Positions 28,631 through 35,924 of a stretch of DNA of 35,924 bases are shown here, in pieces (positions within the stretch are counted from its first letter, which is position 1; every line of letters begins with the position of its first letter). The translations under genes and the position numbers were made by a program. The DNA comes from Candidatus Hermodarchaeota archaeon. GTDB lineage: Archaea > Asgardarchaeota > Hermodarchaeia > Hermodarchaeales > Hermodarchaeaceae. The stretch spans positions 1 through 35,924 of the forward strand of contig JAEOTO010000038.1 in the NCBI GenBank assembly GCA_016839805.1, in the 5' to 3' direction. The notes beneath the pieces are model-generated. The model was given only the letters and a program-made list of their open reading frames with translations. It did no database searches and was not told the origin of the DNA.

Positions 28631-28790
28631 GAGGTTCCGGTTAGTGGCTGAGAACCAAGGCCATCATGACTGGGCAACATCGCTGGACCAGCGAGTAGAG
28701 CCTGTGGACTAGTTGACAACGGTCGATGGTATGAAGCAGGAAACCTCGGTCTTCGGGTCGAGGTAGTTCACTGAACTTACCTGTGCGGGG
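28631..28790 (+). ncRNA. TnpB reRNA/omegaRNA-like structured RNA without tnpB
   Basis: CGCT-GGACC-AGCG; GCCTG-TGGA-hairpin-GAAG-CAGG-AA; ACCTCGGTC-TTCG-GGTCGAGGT; AGTTCAC. The GGAC loop can pseudoknot with GTTC. Confidence 0.75.
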
Positions 28791-28807
28791 AAATTGTAGG
28801 ATCGCTG

Positions 28808-30175
28808 TTAGGGTACCAAACGTGTGCGGTCTCGCGGGAAAAGAACGGCTTCGCGGATATTCGTATAACCAAGCATTTGCATCGTCAATCGCTCAACGCC
28901 GATGGCTAGACCGCCATGGGGTGGAGCGCCATATTGAAAGGGTTCGATGTAGAAGGCAAACGTTTTCGGATTTAATCCTGCCGCTTTTAATTGAGTTTTA
29001 AGTAGCTCGTATTGATGGATACGCTGACTGCCTGTAGTAACCTCCATCCCCCGATAAACAAGGTCAAACCCGCGAGTCAAGGATTCATCGCTTTCTAACG
29101 GCATCGTATAGAAAGGTCGTATGGCTGCTGGATAGCGGGTGAGAAAGAAGAACTCTTCACCGGATTCCTGCTTTACTAGCTGATGGAGCTTCTCCTCCCC
29201 ATCACTAGGAATATCAGTATCTGGAGGTAAATCAAGGCCTTCAGCTTTAAGCATCTCAACAGCTTCACGATATTCAATCCGCCGGATGGGGACACGTGGA
29301 ATTTTAATCTCAACTTCTAGTTGGTTTAATTCGTCCATACAACTCTTTTTCACCGAAGTAAAGGCGTCTAAAAGCAATTGCTCTTCAAGTTGCATAACAT
29401 CTTCTTCATCTTGAATCCAAGCCATCTCATAATCGAAGCTAGTGTATTCGTTCAAGTGCCGAGGGGTGTTGTGTTTTTCTGCGCGGTAAACGGGGGCGAT
29501 TTCATACACTCGATCAAATCCACCAACCAGGCACAATTGTTTGTAAAATTGTGGGCTTTGAGCGAGGAAGGCCTTTTTCTCAAAGTACTGTACTTCAAAA
29601 AGATCAGCCCCACCCTCCGTGGCAGTTGCGACAATTTTAGGGGTATGAATCTCACGAAAACCATGGGCTTCAAGGAATTTACGCATTTGAGCTATTGTGA
29701 AATGTTGAATTTTGAATAGCAACTGGGCTTCGAGACGGCGTAAATCCATAACACGGTTATCAAATCGAGTGGCGATATCGGCTTCAACTTTTCCAGATGT
29801 ATCTAAAGGCAGAGTGGAGGGTGCAGTATTAACAATCACAATCTGGTCAGGGATAAGTTCGACTCCTCGCCTAGCCTGTTTTTCTAGTTTGATTCGTCCT
29901 TTTACTGAAACCGCATATTCATTATCTAATTGGTCAAGGACCGAGAGTAGTTCAGGATCCGTCGTGGCGTGAGGAAGCGTACATTGAGTTAATCCCTCTC
30001 TGTCTCGAATAATTAGGAAACTGATTTTGCTTAATCGACGGATGCGTTGGACCCATCCTGTAATGATAACTTGTTTTCCTTGAATTTTTGGGGTCAATTC
30101 ATTGGAATAATGTGTCCGTTGAAGGGGTTTCATTCCGTGTTCTGAGGTCGATTTTGATTTGGGTGTGATTGTCAT
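28808..30175 (-). CDS. aspS: Aspartate--tRNA ligase (archaeal type)
   Basis: RTHYS, RDREG, TEGGA.LF, LAQSPQ.YKQ, RAE...T.RHLNE, SQRIH, PPHGG, FPRD. Start may be the later MKPLQ. Confidence 0.96.
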   Translation of the reverse strand: MTITPKSKSTSEHGMKPLQRTHYSNELTPKIQGKQVIITGWVQRIRRLSKISFLIIRDREGLTQCTLPHATTDPELLSVLDQLDNEYAVSVKGRIKLEKQARRGVELIPDQIVIVNTAPSTLPLDTSGKVEADIATRFDNRVMDLRRLEAQLLFKIQHFTIAQMRKFLEAHGFREIHTPKIVATATEGGADLFEVQYFEKKAFLAQSPQFYKQLCLVGGFDRVYEIAPVYRAEKHNTPRHLNEYTSFDYEMAWIQDEEDVMQLEEQLLLDAFTSVKKSCMDELNQLEVEIKIPRVPIRRIEYREAVEMLKAEGLDLPPDTDIPSDGEEKLHQLVKQESGEEFFFLTRYPAAIRPFYTMPLESDESLTRGFDLVYRGMEVTTGSQRIHQYELLKTQLKAAGLNPKTFAFYIEPFQYGAPPHGGLAIGVERLTMQMLGYTNIREAVLFPRDRTRLVP

Positions 30176-30265
30176 TAACCTCCTGCCGTTTCTCAGCTAA
30201 TACGTATCTTAAACATTTCTTCCAGCCATCAATTTTCCTTCTTACTGTTTTTTCGGCATATTATC

Positions 30266-30841
30266 TTAGGAACCAAGCACTTTGCGTAGCTGACTAATGA
30301 TCTTCTCAGTATTTGATATTCCCAAACTAGCTATTGTGGATTCGGCATGATCCAGAAAGGTAATGAAGGGTTCAGCTGGATACCCGCTTTTTACTAATTC
30401 GCCTGCATGAAGTACGGTCGCCAATCGGTCTGCAGCTTCAACCACCCGCGCCTCTAGGGTTTCTCCCTTTAGGTATTCCTTCCAGATTTCTGTCAACTGG
30501 TTGCTTATTCCTTCGGGTAGAAAGGTGAGGATGTTTTTCATAGCTTGTTTCTCTGCGTTTTCCTTTGCCTGCTGGAATTTCGGATCCGTCTTTTGGGCAC
30601 TTATTGGAATATCACCAAGTTGTACCTCTGGGAGATCATGGATGAGGGCCATCAGCAATAAACGACTGACATCGATTTGTTGATTTGATTGGATCGCCAA
30701 AATATAGGCAGTAATTGCAGTGGTGTGCGAATGTGCGGCAACATTTTCCGCCATAGAAGGAGGTATGCCACGGAGGAGCCAGCCTGTTCGGAGAACACGT
30801 TTAAGATGATCACAAATGGTGAGGAAGTGATAAACAGTCAT
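30266..30841 (-). CDS. HD-domain hydrolase (YfbR/HDDC2-like 5'-deoxynucleotidase)
   Basis: LK...RTGW, E.VAAHS, HDLPE...GDIP, EA..V..ADR. Confidence 0.92.
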   Translation of the reverse strand: MTVYHFLTICDHLKRVLRTGWLLRGIPPSMAENVAAHSHTTAITAYILAIQSNQQIDVSRLLLMALIHDLPEVQLGDIPISAQKTDPKFQQAKENAEKQAMKNILTFLPEGISNQLTEIWKEYLKGETLEARVVEAADRLATVLHAGELVKSGYPAEPFITFLDHAESTIASLGISNTEKIISQLRKVLGS

Positions 30842-30877
30842 CCCCCAACCTAGGGGTAGTTCTCGATAAAACGCTCA

Positions 30878-31270
30878 CTATTTAGCAAAAAGTTGGGCAA
30901 TTTCTCGCCCAAAATGACGAAAAACCGATACAACATGACCCAATGACTCGATTTTTACCCCAGCACCTATCAACACCAATGGTCCCGCATCGGTAACAAC
31001 GATTATTCCCTTTTCTCCCCGTACTATTAGTTCGAATAAGGGCTCAAAAGCTAATTTGCTAACTGCTTCAATTCCAGTCTGGAGCAGCACAGCGGAAATC
31101 GCTGATAAGAGATCTGGATCAATGTCTACGCCCTTTGTTGAGCTAAACGCCACACGTCGACCGGCTTTCGTAACTACAGCTAAGGTTTCCAATTCAGTGT
31201 ACAGGGTGATTTCCCGTAGATACATAGCTAATTGTTTGGCTTCTTCTTCGCTCATTGCAAATTGCTGCAT
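30878..31270 (-). CDS. Roadblock/LC7 domain protein
   Basis: AVVT..G, LSAISA, VRGEKG.IVV, LG.V. Confidence 0.85.
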   Translation of the reverse strand: MQQFAMSEEEAKQLAMYLREITLYTELETLAVVTKAGRRVAFSSTKGVDIDPDLLSAISAVLLQTGIEAVSKLAFEPLFELIVRGEKGIIVVTDAGPLVLIGAGVKIESLGHVVSVFRHFGREIAQLFAK

Positions 31271-31328
31271 CGTGTCCCCTCACCATTTTCCTGTTATCTT
31301 TATTATCTAGCTTTATCTAGGTGAACAT

Positions 31329-32168
31329 CTAAGATTTTTGTCGACCCTTTTCACTCCTGGAAGCCTCGATTAAATCAGTAATTTGGCGCGCCATGTCTTC
31401 TTTCACGGAGGGCTTCTCATGAACATATTCTTCTTCCTCTAAATGTTTCAGAAATTCGATTGCTAAAACTTGCCCTTCTTTAATTACTACTCGTGGTGTA
31501 TAACCTTGAGCAAAAATTGTGCCTTCTGGAAGTGAGTCGATTCGCTGAAGTTTTCGTGTAATTGTCGTTTTTCCTAAAACGCTGGTCGTTTCTTCTGTTA
31601 TCCCAAAGGCATCAAATCCTATTAGGACAAATTCTCGTCGGAAACCAGGGACTGGTTCGAGTTGTTCTACTTGTTCGATTATATCTGATGCAGGATGAGG
31701 AACGCTGACAGGTTGTCGTTCAGGTTTTCTTGTTGCTGTAACTACAGCTTGAGTGTAATCACTTGGAGTTGGCTCTTGGGCTGGTGAAGGTAGTGAAGGT
31801 TCTGAAACAGGTCGGGGGGGTGGAGCTGGTGGTTTTTCGACAGCTTGAGTTACACCTTCATCAGGTGTACTCGAGAGCGGTTGACCCATGGCTTCAAGGA
31901 AGGTAGAATCTTCTTGACCTTCATCTTCTGAAATTATCTTGTATACGAGACCACGCTGATCGCGTATTCCGGAGGCTCGACGAGCTGCGATGAATTTGCG
32001 TCGTACAGGTGCCTCTGTACCTTTCCAGATCCAGATTAGTCGTGAATCGTCATCAATGATGATGAGAACCTCATCGGCATTCATGTGAGTCTTCGCTGGA
32101 GCACCATCTGTAATCTGAACTAATTCACCAGTATCGACGACACGGAGCATCACTAATACTCTCGGCAC
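31329..32168 (-). CDS. Gelsolin-domain protein with Pro-rich linker and C-terminal domain (1DGelX-like)
   Basis: VLIIID....IWIWKG..A..RRKFIAAR.A, DEGQE...F. GTG start after GGTGA. Confidence 0.8.
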   Translation of the reverse strand: MPRVLVMLRVVDTGELVQITDGAPAKTHMNADEVLIIIDDDSRLIWIWKGTEAPVRRKFIAARRASGIRDQRGLVYKIISEDEGQEDSTFLEAMGQPLSSTPDEGVTQAVEKPPAPPPRPVSEPSLPSPAQEPTPSDYTQAVVTATRKPERQPVSVPHPASDIIEQVEQLEPVPGFRREFVLIGFDAFGITEETTSVLGKTTITRKLQRIDSLPEGTIFAQGYTPRVVIKEGQVLAIEFLKHLEEEEYVHEKPSVKEDMARQITDLIEASRSEKGRQKS

Positions 32169-32322
32169 GCAGGTCACCAACCCCAACGAACAGTGTAACA
32201 TATCTCTATGTGTTAATAATTGTTTTCTGGCACTGGGAGGAGATATCAATATTTTTAGCGGTCATTAATGCTGTAAGAGAGTAGCATATAAGGTAAACGC
32301 CGATTCCAATTTCTCGAATTCA

Positions 32323-33702
32323 CTATTTTTTCTTCATGTGCATAGGGGTGATATATTTGTCTGGAGCTGATTCGATGGGCTTCAGATAGGGGAGGAGCGG
32401 TTTTGGTATGAGTATTCGACCATCGGGTTGTACGTTATTTTCGAGAATCGTGGTTATGGATCGCGTTGTGGCAATCACTGTGGAGTTTAGGGTGTGGACA
32501 AATCCTTTGGTGGGGTGCCCCCGTTTTTCAGCGAAACGAATATTCAAACGGTAGGACTGGTAGTCAGTGCAATTGCTGCAGGATACGAATTCTCGGTACC
32601 TCCCTTGAGATGGCATCCAGAGTTCGAGATCATAGGTTTTGGATGCAACTCGGCTGAAGTCACCGCTTGGTAATGTCACGATGCGGAAGGGGATATTGAG
32701 GGGTGTCCAGATGGCTTCTTCGATAGCGATCATCTTCTCAATCCAATCCCAGGATTCATCGGGATGACAGAAGACAAACATTTCGACTTTGGAAAATTGG
32801 TGCACGCGAAAAATACCTTTAGTGTCTTTTCCATGAGCTCCTGCCTCTTTGCGGTAACAGGGACTGTAGCCTGCATACCGCAATGGGAGCTCCTTAATTT
32901 CGAGAACTTCATTCATGTGTTGAGCTGCAATGGGGTGTTCAGAGGTAGCAATGAGATACAGATCTTGGTTTTCGAGCTTGTAGAGAGAGTCCTCAAATGC
33001 GGTGATGTCGGTGACACCACTGTAGGCTGCATGATTGAGCATATTTGGTGGGATTAGGGGTTTGAATCCGTGTTTCGTAATGTTATCTAAGGCGTACAAG
33101 GCTAGCCCGAGGTCTAGCCAGACAATATCATCTATTAGGTAATAAAATCGAGATCCTGCGACCTTGGCTGCACGAGCCGTATCAATCAAACCACTCTCTT
33201 CAGAGATGTCGTAGTGACTTTTGGGCTGTTCATCGACGAGTTCATAGTCAACTTTCTTTTCTTGAGCGGATTCAAGAAATTGGTCAAGATGGTCTTTCCA
33301 GATGCGTGGTTTGCCAACGTATTTTTCTGGACGTGCTTCCGTCTCATCGATCCCCTCTGGTACCGATTCATGCACGATATTAGCAATTGTGCGTAACGCA
33401 TCTAGTCGAGTCTTTTCTAATCCCACGAGTCGTTGTTCTCCGACAGACACCTTCTCGGATAGTTGTTTTGATTGCTGGATTAGTTGGTCTTTTTTCTCCT
33501 TGTCTTTAGTTTTCCCAATTTGTTGTGCAACTTGGTTACGTTGCCGTTGTAACTCAGCAAGGTCTGTCCGGGTTTTTCGCCATTCAGTATCTAGGCGAAC
33601 CGCTTCTTCAACAATATCAATATCCAGTCCACGACGTTGTTGAGATACCCGGAGTATTTCAGGGTCCTCACGAATTGCTGTTAGTATAGACCAAGCACTC
33701 AC
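32323..33702 (-). CDS. serS: Serine--tRNA ligase
   Basis: N-terminal coiled coil, GSRFYYL, LIATSE, RKEAG, RVHQF.KVE, SCSNCTDYQ, HTLN.T. Confidence 0.97.
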   Translation of the reverse strand: MSAWSILTAIREDPEILRVSQQRRGLDIDIVEEAVRLDTEWRKTRTDLAELQRQRNQVAQQIGKTKDKEKKDQLIQQSKQLSEKVSVGEQRLVGLEKTRLDALRTIANIVHESVPEGIDETEARPEKYVGKPRIWKDHLDQFLESAQEKKVDYELVDEQPKSHYDISEESGLIDTARAAKVAGSRFYYLIDDIVWLDLGLALYALDNITKHGFKPLIPPNMLNHAAYSGVTDITAFEDSLYKLENQDLYLIATSEHPIAAQHMNEVLEIKELPLRYAGYSPCYRKEAGAHGKDTKGIFRVHQFSKVEMFVFCHPDESWDWIEKMIAIEEAIWTPLNIPFRIVTLPSGDFSRVASKTYDLELWMPSQGRYREFVSCSNCTDYQSYRLNIRFAEKRGHPTKGFVHTLNSTVIATTRSITTILENNVQPDGRILIPKPLLPYLKPIESAPDKYITPMHMKKK

Positions 33703-33790
33703 TTGTTACGCCTCAGGAGCACTCAACCATATACGACTAAAAAACCTTCCTGCCAGCTTTCAGGGAAGCCAGTAGGGTTTTTCGTTGGAT

Positions 33791-34978
33791 TTAGAACCAC
33801 TCTGCTCGACGAGCACAAATTACGAAGAGGATGACTACAACGATGATGATGACGGCAGCAACAATCCACCAGGGAAATATGTAAGGTTCGAGACCAAAGG
33901 GTTCCAACAGGACTTGTAATTGATCGAGAAGGTCAAGTGTCGAAATTGCGAAATTTGTTTGGGGAGCAAACCCTGAGGGGCCCGTTATGTCCGCGAAGCC
34001 GCCATCAGCTGTTTGGGTATTCAGAATCCATGTCGTGATGTCTGCGGTGGAGAGCTGTGAATCAGCGTTAAGAATTTGCAACCCTGCAACTGCATAGAAG
34101 GTGGCTAATTGAGTGGCAACTGGATCGTCCGGAGTTAGGCTAAACCCACCGTAAAATTGTGGGTAATTTGTATCTGTTCGATAGTGCGGAAGAATGTAGT
34201 CTCTTGCGGCGGTTTGATCGATGATGCTAAGTTGACCAAGAATCTCAAGGCTCCGAAGGGCCATGAATGTTGTTTGTAAATCAGCTGTAACACCACCATA
34301 TCCATTTGTGAATCCACCATAACTGGGTGAAGTGGGAGTTGTAAGCATCTGACTGGAATTAAGCCAGGCTATGGCAAGTGATTGGTTAATCTGGGATAAT
34401 TCACCCAGGCTAGCAAGAGTTTGAATTGCAAAATATGTCGCAGCAACTGTAGCATTATTAGTTGCCTTATCCGCAAAACCACCTAACGTATGAGGGTATT
34501 CGGTGACATTGGTTCGTTGGAGATTGACAACGAAATCAACAAGAGTTTCATTGTTGATAACAGAAGTCGTATTCAGCAGATCAAGAGTGTGAAATGCAGA
34601 ATAACTGGCTGATATTGTGGCATTAAGAGCATCCGGGTTAGGTAGAAATCCACCATAACTTGGGTCTGTACTTGGAGAGGTTGCTTGCAGGTCTTTAATC
34701 CATGTTGTGAGATTTTCAATAAGAACACGATCAGGAAGCAGGAGATCAGCTGTAATCCATGCGTTAAGGGTGTTCAGGACGTTTGCAATGTCAAAAGTAT
34801 TCGATAGAGTGGGAACGGTTGCCCCAGAATGTAGGACTGCTCCACCTGAGCCATCGATGCAAGTGACTGAGAAGGTGATTACGACGTCTTGACGGGTTGG
34901 TACGGCCATAGCTGTGAATGGACTCGCCATTACCAAAAGAAAAAGTCCAAGGATCAGGGTGCTAGTGAACCTTCGCAA
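33791..34978 (-). CDS. Secreted, C-terminally anchored prenyltransferase/squalene-oxidase-repeat protein
   Basis: Signal peptide; five W/F...Q...GGF...T..A...L..L repeats; C-terminal TM helix and RRAEWF tail. Confidence 0.8.
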   Translation of the reverse strand: MRRFTSTLILGLFLLVMASPFTAMAVPTRQDVVITFSVTCIDGSGGAVLHSGATVPTLSNTFDIANVLNTLNAWITADLLLPDRVLIENLTTWIKDLQATSPSTDPSYGGFLPNPDALNATISASYSAFHTLDLLNTTSVINNETLVDFVVNLQRTNVTEYPHTLGGFADKATNNATVAATYFAIQTLASLGELSQINQSLAIAWLNSSQMLTTPTSPSYGGFTNGYGGVTADLQTTFMALRSLEILGQLSIIDQTAARDYILPHYRTDTNYPQFYGGFSLTPDDPVATQLATFYAVAGLQILNADSQLSTADITTWILNTQTADGGFADITGPSGFAPQTNFAISTLDLLDQLQVLLEPFGLEPYIFPWWIVAAVIIIVVVILFVICARRAEWF

Positions 34979-35054
34979 GCAATGTTCCTCCAGATTCGGG
35001 TGTAAGGACGTTCACCGCATGATATACCTTAAAACCTTGTGGTTCTGTGCACCT

Positions 35055-35924
35055 TTACTCAATGGGTCTCGTTGTCAACCAGTGGGTCACAGCCTTCACA
35101 GCGTCCCCACAAGCTCGGACGATTTGACGGGGTTCACCTGTAATGTCTCCAGCGGCGTACACACCGGGAACATTGGTTTGTTGATGTCGGTCTACAATGA
35201 TATTTCCCTTATCGTCTAGCTCGATGCCTGCAGGTTCACAAAATGAGCTATTGGGTTGACACCCTACGGCAATAAAGACGCCATCGACCTTCTGAATCCA
35301 TTCTCGCTTGGTCTTTTTGTTTTGTAATTTTACTCCTGTTATCCCTTTTTCTCCTAATACTTCTAACAGGATTGTGTCCCATAGAATCTCAACATTTGAT
35401 AAAGCCATCAATCGATCTGCGTAGGCTTGTTCGGCTCGGAGTTTATCCCGGCGATGAACCAAATACACCTTTTCTGTGATATTGGCTAAGAAAAGAGCAT
35501 CCATCGCCGCAGTATTTCCGCCTCCAATTACTGCCACCGTTCTTCCCCGAAATAGGGGGCCATCACATGTTGCACAATAACTAATTCCTCGGCCATGATA
35601 CTCGGCTTCTCCTGGAACTCCTAGCTCTGCATCGCAAGCTCCCATGGCTAAGATAATCGCAGGGGCATGGTACTCGTCCCCGTCTGCAGTGATGACGACT
35701 TTCATCTTGTCTGAGAATTGGAATTTTTCTACAGTAGTTAGTTCCTGAATTTCCACACCGGCTTTTTCTGCTTGAGTTTTCATTTTAGCAGTGAGATCTC
35801 CACCACTGATGTTCTCGAAACCGGGGTAATTTTCAATCTGCCAGGCGTTCATCATTCGACCTCCACAAATGCCAGATTCAAGTATCACAGCGTTCAATCC
35901 CATTCTTGCAGCATATAGGCCTGC
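35055..35924 (-). CDS. trxB: Thioredoxin reductase (5'-truncated by window edge)
   Basis: IENYPG, GISYCATCDG, GGGNTA, HRRD, AAGD. Confidence 0.95.
   Translation of the reverse strand, partial: AGLYAARMGLNAVILESGICGGRMMNAWQIENYPGFENISGGDLTAKMKTQAEKAGVEIQELTTVEKFQFSDKMKVVITADGDEYHAPAIILAMGACDAELGVPGEAEYHGRGISYCATCDGPLFRGRTVAVIGGGNTAAMDALFLANITEKVYLVHRRDKLRAEQAYADRLMALSNVEILWDTILLEVLGEKGITGVKLQNKKTKREWIQKVDGVFIAVGCQPNSSFCEPAGIELDDKGNIIVDRHQQTNVPGVYAAGDITGEPRQIVRACGDAVKAVTHWLTTRPIE

Noticed and set aside
28621-28717. HEARO/IscB omegaRNA, suggested by the GTCAAC...GTTGAC pairing
   Set aside because: The remaining architecture and the 3' TTCAC end are TnpB-type; no iscB follows.
28808-30175. Discriminating versus non-discriminating AspRS
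   Set aside because: The diagnostic positions (GWVQ, QARRG) match neither consensus clearly.
33739-33782. Hairpin upstream of serS as a regulatory leader
   Set aside because: Imperfect stem with no T-box features; may be a terminator or promoter sequence.
358-35219. Numerous short antisense or overlapping ORFs in the track
   Set aside because: They are shadows of well-supported genes on the other strand or frame.

Overview
A window from an Asgard-type archaeon. The archaeal signal comes from DGGGP synthase, archaeal-type AspRS and TTTAAATA/GGTGA signals. The Asgard signal comes from two ESCRT-III genes, a steadiness-box protein, a gelsolin-domain protein and a roadblock protein. Bases 1-4.6 kb are an accessory patchwork: an integron-cassette-like gene with an attC-like end, an IS200/IS605 right-end relic, and a 2.1 kb segment bounded by exact 19-bp direct repeats. 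Bases 4.6-16 kb are mostly ion and stress homeostasis (VIT1, USP-like, NhaA, NhaD/ArsB-like, ferritin-like, CorA, MscS, HdeD). This stretch also holds two unannotated, oppositely charged microproteins and a PolX-HhH fusion. Bases 16-22 kb carry an IPK pseudogene divergent from a phytol-kinase-like gene, a HisH/HisF/N-acetyl-sugar amidotransferase trio and a D-aminoacylase. Bases 22.5-36 kb are core genome: ESCRT-III pair plus a B-box/PH/steadiness-box protein, a probably CTG-initiated phosphoesterase, DGGGP synthase, a degenerate HerA-like protein, an orphan TnpB-reRNA-like ncRNA, aspS, HD/roadblock/gelsolin genes, serS, a secreted prenyltransferase-repeat protein and trxB. All calls are from reading motifs by eye; no searches were run.
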